Shown here: positions 7,798 through 16,561 of the stretch, in pieces
Layout: every line of letters starts with the position of its first letter
Numbering within the stretch: the stretch's first letter is position 1
Origin: a virus
Lineage: Duplodnaviria; Caudoviricetes
Direction: 5' to 3' (one strand)
Virus record (IMG/VR): IMGVR_UViG_3300033405_000065
Coordinates: 1-26,612 of that record
Length of the DNA: 26,612 bases
Notes under the pieces: model-generated
The model's database searches: none
The model's input: the letters and a program-made list of their open reading frames with translations, nothing else
What the model was told of the DNA's origin: nothing
Translations under genes and position numbers: made by a program

Positions 7798-10464
7798 ATG
7801 AACACTCGCAAGCTCGCCATCATCTTCCTGGCCCTGGCCTTCCTCTGCCTGGCGGGACTGGTCTGGTCGGCCTCTGCCACGACCTATTATGTTGACAATT
7901 CCTCGAATATCTCCGGCACCTTCACCTCCGGCACATTCAGGACACCTACCTCAAGCGTGCCAGGAGAGTATGTCGTCCAGACGAGTTCCGGCGCTACCGC
8001 CAAGGTGGTGGGCACCGTGGGCACCTCCGCCCTGACGGTCAACAATATTACCGGCTCTCCTGACAGCTCCGACATCTGGACCGGCCAATCGAGCGGGGCG
8101 GTCTTTACTCCGGTGGCCTCTCCGGTGGTCAATGGCTCAGACTCCAATAACGGCACTTCCACCAGCACCCCCTGGTTGACCATCGCCCATGTCAATGCCC
8201 AATCATCCCTGGCGGCGGGTAGCACCGTTTTATTTAGATGCAGTTGTATTTGGCGTGAACAGTTGACCGCGCCAACTTCGGGAAGCAGTGGTAGCCCTAT
8301 TACCTTCGGGAGTTACGGGACTGGGACTCAGCCTGATATTAGCGGGGCCAATCTTTACACCACCTGGACCACAGAGACAGCCAGTGGCACTAACTTCACC
8401 ACAGACGCCAACATTCAGGGATATTGGTATTTCGAGCAGAACGGTAATGATGGAACCTCCAATGGCAATAACCTGACGAACAATAGCAGTGTGACGTTTA
8501 GCAGCACCCATGTCCAGGGCAGTTATTCCGCAAATTTCAGCGGTTCTAATTATTTCAGCAGGGCGAACGCCAGCCTAAGTGCTGCATTTCCGGGTAAAAG
8601 TAGCTATGCCTATCCTGCGGTTACAATGGGAATCTGGATTAAGCCCAGTTCCGTCCCCGGGGCCCTGTGGGGGATAATGGGGACTGACACGGGTTATAAC
8701 CAGAACCTGTCTCTCACAATCAATAGTGGTGGCAAGGCAAACTTTTACATTAGGGATAGCGGCGGTACCACGCATGATATTGCGTCCGATGCTGCTATTC
8801 CTACCACAGGTTTCACTCTCGTCGTGGGGAGATGGAACCCCGCTGCAACTGCCAATGAAATATCTATATGGGTTAATGGCGTTAAACAGAGCACTACGGA
8901 CACAATGACAGCACCGGCATCGGGCACTAACAGCACTTTTGATATTGGAGCCATTACCAATAACGGCGGAAATAATTATTTTACGGGGCTAGGTGATGAG
9001 GGCTTTATTTTTAACCGAGGTTTGAGCGATGCGGAGATACCCAGCATTTGTACTTTTGGCCTTGATGGCACCAGAAATAATAGCACCCTTTATTATACTC
9101 CTTATTCCACAGCACCTAACCAGGTATTTCGTGACGGAGTGCGGCTGACTCTTGCCGCCTCAAAGGCCGCTTTGGCAACCGGGCAATACTGGTTAGACAC
9201 CACCAACTTACGGATTTATGTTTATGACAACCCCTCGGGTCACATGATGGAGGCCAGCCAGAGGAATTATTGTATTACAACGAACAATCAGCTTTATTTG
9301 ACATTTCAGAATTTGCTGGCCGAGAAAAGCAACACAGCACTTTCCTATGGTGGTAATTTATACCTTTATACCAGTAATGTGACTTGCGGCTATACAGTTT
9401 CAGGAGTAACCAGTCAATATAGTTTCATTCATGGCTTTGCTGTTGTGGACGCTAATAATGCCGCTATAAGTAATTGTATATCTCAATACAATGGCTCAAG
9501 CGGCTATTATGGATATGTCGCACCCGGATTAAATATAACATATTGCCTGGCTCATGATAATGGACAATTACAAAATAATGCTAATGGGGGATCATTTTAT
9601 CTTGATGGAGGCCCGGCATGGTCAGGGGCTACAATACAGTATTGCACCGGCTACAATGAAGGACTTCCTAATTACAGTAATGCTTCTTATTGCACAAACG
9701 GATATTTTTTCACGAATGATGTTCCTATTACTAATCTGATTCTGAGCTATAATAAATTCTATAACACTGTGGGTATCGGCCTTTCGAGTCTGACTAATGG
9801 CAAAATAAATTATAATGTGGGCTATAACAATGTAGTGGGTATAGAGGCGATGACCTCATCGGGGCAGGTGTTAAGCGGCAATCATATCTATAATAATACT
9901 TTCTACAATCAAGCCAGCTACAATCCCAACTACTATTACGGGTTTTTCCCGGGAATCGCCCTGTATGGCGTCAACGGGCAGGCCAACTCCTGCATAAACA
10001 ATATCATCAAGAACAATATCGCTATCGGTTTCGCAAAAGGAACCGGAAGCGGCAATCCGCCGGCTAACCTTGCGGTAGGGTACGGTGGAGAGAATGACGG
10101 TACGATGGGGCATGGGAATGTTTACACTTATCAATGCTTGGGACCTGATGCGACTCAATTTATTCAGTGCGGCGGAGGGGAACCGGGGACAGCAGGGAAT
10201 ACCTACTATTCCAGCTACTCAGCCTGGCAAGGTGCATCAGGAATGGGCGCAGGTGTGTCAGACCACTATGTTGATGCCGACCCTGCCTTCGTCTCCACCT
10301 CCACCCCCGACTTCCACCTTACCCCCCTGTCTCCCTGCATCAACGCCGGGGTGAACGTGGGGCTGACCCAGGATTATGATGGCAGGCCGGTGCCCATCGG
10401 GTCTGTGCCGGAGATCGGGGCTTACTCGACCACCAGGGCGCATGGAAACTTTGCGGGGTTTTAA
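7798..10464 (+). CDS. Secreted protein with LamG/concanavalin-like domain and parallel beta-helix repeats, 888 aa
   Basis: Signal peptide ending ASA|TTYYVD; GSDSNNGTSTSTPWLTI motif; LamG-like TMGIWIKP...ISIWVNGV...FTGLGDE; Asn-rich repeats; C-terminal DFHLTPLSPCINAG...PEIGAY. Confidence 0.8.
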   Translation: MNTRKLAIIFLALAFLCLAGLVWSASATTYYVDNSSNISGTFTSGTFRTPTSSVPGEYVVQTSSGATAKVVGTVGTSALTVNNITGSPDSSDIWTGQSSGAVFTPVASPVVNGSDSNNGTSTSTPWLTIAHVNAQSSLAAGSTVLFRCSCIWREQLTAPTSGSSGSPITFGSYGTGTQPDISGANLYTTWTTETASGTNFTTDANIQGYWYFEQNGNDGTSNGNNLTNNSSVTFSSTHVQGSYSANFSGSNYFSRANASLSAAFPGKSSYAYPAVTMGIWIKPSSVPGALWGIMGTDTGYNQNLSLTINSGGKANFYIRDSGGTTHDIASDAAIPTTGFTLVVGRWNPAATANEISIWVNGVKQSTTDTMTAPASGTNSTFDIGAITNNGGNNYFTGLGDEGFIFNRGLSDAEIPSICTFGLDGTRNNSTLYYTPYSTAPNQVFRDGVRLTLAASKAALATGQYWLDTTNLRIYVYDNPSGHMMEASQRNYCITTNNQLYLTFQNLLAEKSNTALSYGGNLYLYTSNVTCGYTVSGVTSQYSFIHGFAVVDANNAAISNCISQYNGSSGYYGYVAPGLNITYCLAHDNGQLQNNANGGSFYLDGGPAWSGATIQYCTGYNEGLPNYSNASYCTNGYFFTNDVPITNLILSYNKFYNTVGIGLSSLTNGKINYNVGYNNVVGIEAMTSSGQVLSGNHIYNNTFYNQASYNPNYYYGFFPGIALYGVNGQANSCINNIIKNNIAIGFAKGTGSGNPPANLAVGYGGENDGTMGHGNVYTYQCLGPDATQFIQCGGGEPGTAGNTYYSSYSAWQGASGMGAGVSDHYVDADPAFVSTSTPDFHLTPLSPCINAGVNVGLTQDYDGRPVPIGSVPEIGAYSTTRAHGNFAGF

Positions 10465-10468
10465 AGGA

Positions 10469-10563
10469 AGTGAGCAGTGAGCAGTGAGCAGTGAGCAGTA
10501 AAGGCAAAAGCAAAGGCCAAAGCAAAAAACACTGATCACTGATTACTGATAACTGATCACTGA
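10469..10563 (+). repeat. Heptamer arrays (AGTGAGC)x4 ... (ACTGATH)x4, imperfect inverted repeat
   Basis: Arms 10469-10499 and 10531-10563; AAAGGCAAAA follows the 5' arm. Confidence 0.88.
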
Positions 10564-10575
10564 AAGGGAGGTTAT

Positions 10576-12042
10576 ATGCAAAAAATCATGTTCGCCCAAT
10601 TCGTCAAGGTCAATGAAGCCACCGGGGAGTTCACCGGCATCGCCGCGGAGGAGATCCCCGACCAGGCCGGGGAGATCTTCGACTACGAGGCCTCCAAACC
10701 CCTGATCAAGGCCTGGTCCGACGATTCCTTCGAACACAGCGGCGGCAAATCCCGGGGCAACCTCCGGGCCATGCACGACCCCAAAAAGGCCGCGGGCCTG
10801 CTCACCGCCATCATCTTCAACGACGCGGCCAAGCGCGTCGAGGTCAGCGGCCAGGTGGTGGACACGGAGGAACTGGCGAAACTGACCAAAGGCGTATATA
10901 CCGGGCTGTCCTTCGGCGGCTCCTACGCCTGGCGCAAGCAGGAGGGCATCCACGTGCGCTATGCCGCCAAGCCGGTGGAGCTGTCCCTGGCCGACAAGCC
11001 CTGCGTCCCCACCGCCCGCTTCACCCTGGTGAAGGCCGATGGCTCCGAGGTGGAGATGGGCTTTGAAAAAGTTGCGGCCCGGGCCGACACCGACCCTAAG
11101 GAAGGCGAGAAGAAATACGGGGACGTGAAGTTCGCCGACGAGAAAAACAAGAAATATCCCATCGACACCGAGAAGCACATCCGGGCGGCCTGGAACTACA
11201 TCAACAAGGCCAAAAACGCCGCCAAATATGACGCTGAGGACCTGAAGACCATCAAGGGCAAGATCATCGCCGCCTGGAAGAAGAAGATCGACAAGGAGGG
11301 CCCGCCTTCGGCGGACAAAACCCAGGGATCAGGGATCAGGGATCAGGGATTAGAAAAAACCCCTAACCCCTTGTCCCTAACCCCTGCCTTTCACAAGGGC
11401 CTCTACCAGGTGAGCTGGTTCGCCCAGCTTCTCGAATCCCTCACCGACCTGGCCACCGGCCTCGATTGGGAGGCAGCCGCCGAGATGGACGACTCCCCGC
11501 TGCCGGGGCAGTTCAAGGAGTGGCTGGCCGCGGGCTGCGAGATCCTCAAGGCCCTGGCCGCCGAGGAGCTGGACGAGCTGCTCAGCGACCTGAGCAAGGC
11601 CAGTGGCGCAGGCGTCTCGCCTGCGGACCTTAAAAAGGCCGGCGCCCGCCACAGCAAGGCCGACCAGGACCATATCCAGGCCGTCCATGACCACTCCGTC
11701 TCCCTTGGCGCCGACTGCCCCGCGGAGAAAGTCGTAGGGGCGGGTTCTACCCGCCCTGACGAGAATCTAGCAAAAATCCTCATTTTCAAAAATGAGGAAT
11801 TGGCCAAGGTGCGGGCCGATTTCTTGGATCTCGAAACCAGGCATTCGCGGCTCGAAGTCAAGCACGAAAAGCTCGAAGTCGAGCACGAAAAGCTCAAGGC
11901 CGAGCCGGCCCCGGCCAAGGGCGCCCTCAAGGCGGTCCCCAAGGAGGCGGACGTCCTGGATAAGACCACTGAGACCGAGGAGCCTAAAGACGCCCTGGGC
12001 GAGATTGTGGCGTCCCGGCAAAGGCCGTTTTTAATCAAGTGA
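10576..12042 (+). CDS. Prohead protease/scaffold fusion
   Basis: Precedes capsid; protease-like LRAMH...GVYTGLSFGG...ELSLADKP; C-terminal coiled coil LEVKHEKLEVEHEKL; GGAGG RBS. Confidence 0.78.
   Translation: MQKIMFAQFVKVNEATGEFTGIAAEEIPDQAGEIFDYEASKPLIKAWSDDSFEHSGGKSRGNLRAMHDPKKAAGLLTAIIFNDAAKRVEVSGQVVDTEELAKLTKGVYTGLSFGGSYAWRKQEGIHVRYAAKPVELSLADKPCVPTARFTLVKADGSEVEMGFEKVAARADTDPKEGEKKYGDVKFADEKNKKYPIDTEKHIRAAWNYINKAKNAAKYDAEDLKTIKGKIIAAWKKKIDKEGPPSADKTQGSGIRDQGLEKTPNPLSLTPAFHKGLYQVSWFAQLLESLTDLATGLDWEAAAEMDDSPLPGQFKEWLAAGCEILKALAAEELDELLSDLSKASGAGVSPADLKKAGARHSKADQDHIQAVHDHSVSLGADCPAEKVVGAGSTRPDENLAKILIFKNEELAKVRADFLDLETRHSRLEVKHEKLEVEHEKLKAEPAPAKGALKAVPKEADVLDKTTETEEPKDALGEIVASRQRPFLIK
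11323..11386 (+). repeat. In-frame heptamer hairpin (CAGGGAT)x4 ... (CCCTAAC)-like
   Basis: Encodes QGSGIRDQGLEKTPNPLSLTP; same family as 1472-1548 and 14173-14233. Confidence 0.85.
11603..11625 (+). repeat. GTGG-type palindrome in frame
   Basis: GTGGCGCAGGCGTCTCGCCTGCG, identical to 16208-16230. Confidence 0.85.
11734..11757 (+). repeat. GTAG REP-like palindrome in frame
   Basis: GTAGGGGCGGGTTCTACCCGCCCT, encoding VGAGSTRP. Confidence 0.8.
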
Positions 12043-12070
12043 GCAGTGAGCAGTGAGCAGTAAAGGCAAA
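12038..12070 (+). repeat. Solo 5' arm (AGTGAGC)x3 plus AAAGGCAAA
   Basis: The first unit supplies the TGA stop of the protease gene; no local complementary arm. Confidence 0.85.
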
Positions 12071-12123
12071 CGCAAAAGATAAAGCCGTAAAATTCTCAGT
12101 TCCCAGACCAATAGGAGGCTATA

Positions 12124-13626
12124 ATGAACCCCACTGCTGAAACCCTCGAACTTCTGAAAAGCGCCAAGGTCCTGGACGCTGCCGAACTTGCCAAGGCGGG
12201 CATTACCATCGCCCAGGGCCTGGTGGCCTACGACCTGGAACCCGCGGCCAAAAAACTCTATCCCTTGATCACGCCGCTGCGGAACAGCATCTCCCGGGTC
12301 GGCGGCGGCGTCGGCACTGCGGTGCACTGGCTGTCGGTCACCGGCATCAACGTGGCTCGCCTCTCCCCGGGCGTCTCCGAGGGGAAGCGCGGCGGCGCGG
12401 TGTCCCTGAACACCACCAGCAACATGGCGGCCTACAAGACCCTGGGCCACGAATCGTTCGTGACCTTCGAGGCCGAAGAGGCTAGCCTCCCCGGCACCGA
12501 CAACCGGGCTCTGGCGATCCTCACCACCCTGCAATCCCTGATGCAGTCCGAGGAAATGGTACTCCTGGGCGGCAACGGCGACCTGGCCCTGGGGCCCACC
12601 CCCATCCCAACCCTGGCGGACGTGCTCACCGGGGGCGCCCTGGCCGCCAACACCGCCTTTGCGGTGGTCTGCGTGGCCCTCACCCTGGAAGGCTACCTGG
12701 CCGCCTCGGTGCCCAGCGGCATTCAGTTGAACATCACCCGCGACAACGCCGACGGCAGCACCGACACCTACGGCGGCGGCGCGGCCCAGGCGAGCACCCC
12801 GGCCACCCTCACCACCGCCAACGACGGCAACGCCACCCACGGCCTCAAGGCCAGCGTGGCGCCGGTCAACGGCGCGATGGCCTACGCCTGGTTCTGGGGG
12901 CCGGCCGCGGGGCCTCAGCTCTTAGGGGCCATCACCACCATCAACAGCGTCCTCATCCTGGCCGCGGCCTCGGGGACCCAGACCGCCGCCAGCCTCCCGG
13001 CCGCGGACAACAGCGTCAATGGCCTGCTGTTCGATGGCCTCATCACCCAGATCTGCACCCCCGGCTCCGGCTCCTATGTCTACCGGATGGCCACCGGCAC
13101 GCCGGGGACCGGAACCCCGCTGACCCCCGACGGGGCCGGTGGCATCGTCGAGATCAACGAGGCCCTGGAGGCCTTCTGGAACAACTACCGCCTGAGCCCG
13201 GATATCATGTACGTCAACGCCCAGGAGCTGCTGAACATCACCGCCAAGGTGATCGCCGGCGGGGGCGCCCCCCTGTTCCGCTTCAACGTGGACGCCCAAC
13301 AGGGCGCGGTGGCCGACGTCACCCTGACCGCGGGCTCGGTGATCGGCTCCTATCTCAACAAGTTCACGATGGGCGGCGGCCAGTTGGTGCGGGTGATGCT
13401 GCACCCCAACCTGCCGCCGGGCACCATCCTCTTCCGGTGCGAGCGGATTCCCTATCCACTCACCGACGTCACCAACATCATCCAGGTGAAGACCAGGCGG
13501 GAATACTACCAGATCGAATGGCCGATCCGGACCCGGCAGTGGGAGAGCGGGGTCTATTACTCCGGCGTGCTCCAGAACTACTTCCCGCCGGCCTTCGGGG
13601 CGATCTTCAATATCGGCAACGGCTAA
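12124..13626 (+). CDS. Major capsid protein
   Basis: 500 aa after protease/scaffold; AGGAGG RBS; YDLEPAAKKLYPLITPLRNSISRV N-terminus and capsid-like PDIMYVNAQ / LHPNLPPG C-terminal part. Confidence 0.82.
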   Translation: MNPTAETLELLKSAKVLDAAELAKAGITIAQGLVAYDLEPAAKKLYPLITPLRNSISRVGGGVGTAVHWLSVTGINVARLSPGVSEGKRGGAVSLNTTSNMAAYKTLGHESFVTFEAEEASLPGTDNRALAILTTLQSLMQSEEMVLLGGNGDLALGPTPIPTLADVLTGGALAANTAFAVVCVALTLEGYLAASVPSGIQLNITRDNADGSTDTYGGGAAQASTPATLTTANDGNATHGLKASVAPVNGAMAYAWFWGPAAGPQLLGAITTINSVLILAAASGTQTAASLPAADNSVNGLLFDGLITQICTPGSGSYVYRMATGTPGTGTPLTPDGAGGIVEINEALEAFWNNYRLSPDIMYVNAQELLNITAKVIAGGGAPLFRFNVDAQQGAVADVTLTAGSVIGSYLNKFTMGGGQLVRVMLHPNLPPGTILFRCERIPYPLTDVTNIIQVKTRREYYQIEWPIRTRQWESGVYYSGVLQNYFPPAFGAIFNIGNG

Positions 13627-13630
13627 AAAA

Positions 13631-13728
13631 AGTGAGCAGTGAGCGGTGAGCAGTGAGCAGTAAAGGCAAAAACATCAAGATCTTATTGATTACTGGTTAC
13701 TGATTACTGGTTACTGATTACTGATAAC
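13631..13728 (+). repeat. Heptamer arrays (AGTGAGC)x4 ... (ACTGRTT)x6
   Basis: Arms 13631-13661 and 13685-13728; spacer AAAGGCAAAAACATCAAGATCTT. Confidence 0.88.
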
Positions 13729-13739
13729 AGGAGGCTAAA

Positions 13740-13970
13740 ATGGTGCGATTAAAAGCCGATCCCGCCGCGGGCGGCGTGAGCTACAACGGCCAGGAGTATC
13801 CCGTGGTCAAGGGCTATGTGGAGGTGCCTGACGAGGCCGCCCGGGAGCTTCTCGGCTTCGGCTGGGGGTTTACCCTGGCCTCCCGGCAGCCGGCCCCGGA
13901 GGCGCCCCAGGGGGGGAACGGCGAGCCTGCCCCGGAGGAGGCTCTTCCGGAAGGCAAAACCAAAAGGTAG
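13740..13970 (+). CDS. Small hypothetical head-associated protein, 76 aa
   Basis: AGGAGG RBS; directly after capsid; Pro/Glu-rich tail. Confidence 0.7.
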   Translation: MVRLKADPAAGGVSYNGQEYPVVKGYVEVPDEAARELLGFGWGFTLASRQPAPEAPQGGNGEPAPEEALPEGKTKR

Positions 13971-13992
13971 GGGCAGCTTTTAAAGCTGCCCT
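13967..13992 (+). repeat. GTAG REP-like palindrome overlapping a stop codon
   Basis: GTAGGGGCAGCTTTTAAAGCTGCCCT. Confidence 0.75.
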
Positions 13993-14009
13993 CACAATAG
14001 GTGGCAAAG

Positions 14010-14213
14010 ATGGCGGAATTATCCCCGGAAGCGAAAAAGATGATTCATGCGGATAAGTACCGCCGCAAAGTCGATCCGGTCCAGAAGTGCACCGAGATCA
14101 TCGAGGCGGCGCTCAAGGAATACGGCTGTAGTTTTCAGGTGGTAATGGTCCCCCAGGTGATGGTTGTAAAAGCAGGGGCCAGGGGTCAGGGATCAGGGTC
14201 TTCTAACCTCTAA
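14010..14213 (+). CDS. Small hypothetical protein, about 67 aa
   Basis: Co-oriented ORF; start could be GTG 14001; C-terminus runs into a heptamer array. Confidence 0.55.
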   Translation: MAELSPEAKKMIHADKYRRKVDPVQKCTEIIEAALKEYGCSFQVVMVPQVMVVKAGARGQGSGSSNL

Positions 14214-14233
14214 CCTCTAACCCATAACCCCTG
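14173..14233 (+). repeat. Heptamer arrays (CAGGGGT)-like x4 ... (CTAACCT)-like x4
   Basis: Arms 14173-14198 and 14202-14233, ending at the GGAGG RBS of the next gene. Confidence 0.8.
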
Positions 14234-14243
14234 GAGGTTCTAA

Positions 14244-14846
14244 ATGGATCTCACCACACTGGCCAACGCCAAGCAATGGCTCGGGATTTCGAGCGATACC
14301 GACGACGACCTGCTGACGCGCCTGATCACCGCGGCCAGCTTCTTCATCGAGACCTACCTGAGCCGCCGCCTGGGCAGCCAGGATTACCTGGAGATCAGGG
14401 ACGGCACCGGCGGCCAGGTCATGAACTTTCGGGAGTACCCGGTGACCGCGGTGGCCGGGGTCGCGGTGAACGGCGTTTCCCTACCCCCGGCGCCGGACAC
14501 CGTGACCCCAGGCTATCGCTTCACCCGGACCCAGATCATCTTGCAGGGCCATCGCTTCACCCAGGGCTACGGCAACGTCACCCTGAACTACACCGCGGGC
14601 TATGGGCCGCCCACCGGCGGCTGGTTCGAGGACGCCTGGCTTACCGCCGGGGAGGGGGATGCGATCTTCCCCTTCGACCTGGAGCAGGCGTGCATCGAAT
14701 TGATCTCCTGGCGCTACAACGAGCGCCAGCACATCGGCCAGAGCGGCAAATCCCTGGAAGGGGCCAACGTCACCTACAGCGTCCAGGACCTGCCCCCGGA
14801 CGTCAAAACGGTGCTGGACCGTTACCGCCGCGTGACGCCGGTGTAG
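14244..14846 (+). CDS. Head-tail connector/adaptor (gp6/gp15-like)
   Basis: LTTLANAKQWLGI...DDDLLTRLITAAS, YTAGY, DLEQACIEL and VKTVLDRYRR. Confidence 0.82.
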   Translation: MDLTTLANAKQWLGISSDTDDDLLTRLITAASFFIETYLSRRLGSQDYLEIRDGTGGQVMNFREYPVTAVAGVAVNGVSLPPAPDTVTPGYRFTRTQIILQGHRFTQGYGNVTLNYTAGYGPPTGGWFEDAWLTAGEGDAIFPFDLEQACIELISWRYNERQHIGQSGKSLEGANVTYSVQDLPPDVKTVLDRYRRVTPV

Positions 14847-14848
14847 CG

Positions 14849-14883
14849 AGTGAGCAGTGAGCAGTGAGCAGAAAAGGCAAAAG
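14849..14883 (+). repeat. Solo 5' arm (AGTGAGC)x3 plus AAAAGGCAAAA
   Basis: Directly after the stop; an unrelated (GGGAACC)x3 array lies at 15051-15070. Confidence 0.8.
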
Positions 14884-14885
14884 GC

Positions 14886-15020
14886 ATGAGGATGGAAATA
14901 AAAACCGTCAGATTTTTAAACTTTGGCGAAGGGGTTGTTGAGGCCATCCGCAAAGCCAGCGCGGTTCTGGATATTAAGGAAATCCCCTGGCGGAAGATCT
15001 TCGCGGCGCTTTATTTGTAA
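14886..15020 (+). CDS. Possible 44-aa ORF (MRMEIKTVRFLNFGEGVVEAIRKASAVLDIKEIPWRKIFAALYL)
   Basis: ATG 14886 to TAA 15018-15020, filling the gap between two arrays; lower GC; no recognised motif. Confidence 0.35.
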   Translation: MRMEIKTVRFLNFGEGVVEAIRKASAVLDIKEIPWRKIFAALYL

Positions 15021-15075
15021 TTAACAGGCAATAATTGACCTGAAATTTCTGGGAACCGGGAACCGGGAACTAACC

Positions 15076-15555
15076 ATGATTAAAGCCTGGATTGTAGGAA
15101 CCGAAGGAGTGATCGGCCGCCTGGACCAGATCCCAAGCAAGGTGGCCGCGGCGCTGCGCCGGGCGGTGGAGGCCGAGGCCATCAAATTGACCGCCTACGT
15201 CAAGGAGCAGAAGCTCAGCGGGCAGGCGTTGAAGACGCAAACCGGCACCCTCCAGCGCAGCATCAATTATCAACTCCAGGATGAAGGCGACCGAATCGCA
15301 GCCACGGTGGGCACCAACCTGGTCTATGCCGCCATCCACGAATATGGGGGCACCACCCGGGCCCACGTCATCGAGGCCCGCAAGGGCAAGGCCCTGGCCT
15401 TCCAGATGGGAGGCCAGGACGTGTTCTTCAAACGGGTCAACCATCCGGGCTCGCACATGCCGGAGCGCTCCTTCCTGCGCTCCTCCCTGGAGGAGAACGC
15501 CGGCAGCATCAAAGCCGCTATTGAGCAGGCCGTGGCCGAAGGAGTTAAAGCATAG
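15076..15555 (+). CDS. Neck/tail-completion protein (HK97 gp10 / virion morphogenesis-like)
   Basis: TGTLQRSI, VGTNLVYAAIHEYGG and MPERSFLRSSL motifs. Confidence 0.8.
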   Translation: MIKAWIVGTEGVIGRLDQIPSKVAAALRRAVEAEAIKLTAYVKEQKLSGQALKTQTGTLQRSINYQLQDEGDRIAATVGTNLVYAAIHEYGGTTRAHVIEARKGKALAFQMGGQDVFFKRVNHPGSHMPERSFLRSSLEENAGSIKAAIEQAVAEGVKA

Positions 15556-15648
15556 TGATCAGTGATCAGTGGCCAGTAATCAGTAAAGGCAAAAACCGGA
15601 ACCCGGGACTGGGGATTCTGATCACTGATCACTGATAACTGATAACTG
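15554..15648 (+). repeat. Heptamer-array inverted repeat (AGTGATC)-like x4 ... (ACTGATM)x4
   Basis: Arms 15554-15584 and 15618-15648; AAAGGCAAAAA in the loop. Confidence 0.88.
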
Positions 15649-15659
15649 GGAATGAAGTC

Positions 15660-16091
15660 ATGGACCGCGAAGCCATATACAGCGCCCTTTTCGCCCTTCT
15701 CTCCACCATCCCGGGGATCGTCACCTTCAGCCGCCGGGTGCGCCACTGGACCGACGTGCCGCCGGTGGAGCAGCCGGCCCTGATCCAGGAGCAGTTTGAA
15801 GAGAGCGCCCGCTACGTAGGCCGGGCCTTTCCGGCCAAATGGACCCTGAGCCTCAACCTGGCCCTCTACGTCAACGTGGGCAACGATCAGCAGGCCGCCC
15901 CCTCACAAACCCTCAACCCCCTCCTGGACGCGGTGCTGGCCGCGCTGCTGCCGCCCCCGGGCCAGGAGGAGCAGACCTTAGGCGGCCTCGTTTCCCATTG
16001 TCGGCTCAGCGGCAAGGTGCTCATCGCCGAGGGAGGGTCCCTGGGCCCCCAGGCCGCGGCCCTGATCCCGGTGGAGATTGTTGTCAGTTAG
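15660..16091 (+). CDS. Probable tail terminator protein
   Basis: 143 aa just upstream of tail tube; MDREAIYSALFALL start and QTLGGLV motif. Confidence 0.65.
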   Translation: MDREAIYSALFALLSTIPGIVTFSRRVRHWTDVPPVEQPALIQEQFEESARYVGRAFPAKWTLSLNLALYVNVGNDQQAAPSQTLNPLLDAVLAALLPPPGQEEQTLGGLVSHCRLSGKVLIAEGGSLGPQAAALIPVEIVVS

Positions 16092-16165
16092 CAGTGAGCA
16101 GTGAGCAGTAAAAGCAAAAACATCAAGACCTTACTGATTACCGATCACTGATTACTGATTACTGA
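16085..16165 (+). repeat. Heptamer arrays (CAGTGAG)x3 ... (ACTGATT)x4
   Basis: Arms 16085-16109 and 16133-16165; spacer nearly identical to 13662-13684. Confidence 0.88.
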
Positions 16166-16179
16166 AAATGGAGGCTGAT

Positions 16180-16461
16180 ATGACCGATGAACCGCAGGAA
16201 AAACCCGGTGGCGCAGGCGTCTCGCCTGCGCTTCCTGAAGCGCAGCCGGCTCCGGAGCCCGCACCTTCACCCGCGCCTGCGCCGCAGCCCCCAACCGCGC
16301 CTGCGCCTCAACCCGCGCCTGTGCCCGGATCCGCGGCCGTCTTGCTGGTGGAGCGCTGGTGGCAGGATTGGTTCCCCTCGTCCCCGGTGAGCCGGGACTC
16401 GGCTGCCTGGAACCACGCCTACCAAGCCAAGGAAGATTTGAAGAAGAGACTGGCGAAATAG
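16180..16461 (+). CDS. Hypothetical protein with Pro/Ala-rich N-terminus, 93 aa
   Basis: GGAGG at 16170-16174 favours ATG 16180; contains a GTGG palindrome at 16208-16230. Confidence 0.65.
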   Translation: MTDEPQEKPGGAGVSPALPEAQPAPEPAPSPAPAPQPPTAPAPQPAPVPGSAAVLLVERWWQDWFPSSPVSRDSAAWNHAYQAKEDLKKRLAK

Positions 16462-16462
16462 C

Positions 16463-16546
16463 CAGTAATCAGTGATCAGTGGCCAGTGGCCAGTAAAGGC
16501 AAATTCACTGGTTACTGATTACTGATCACTGATCACTGATCACTGA
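16463..16546 (+). repeat. Heptamer-array inverted repeat (CAGTRRY)x4 ... (ACTGATC)x5
   Basis: Arms 16463-16494 and 16507-16546; loop AAAGGCAAATTC. Confidence 0.9.
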
Positions 16547-16561
16547 CCAAAGGAGGCCATC

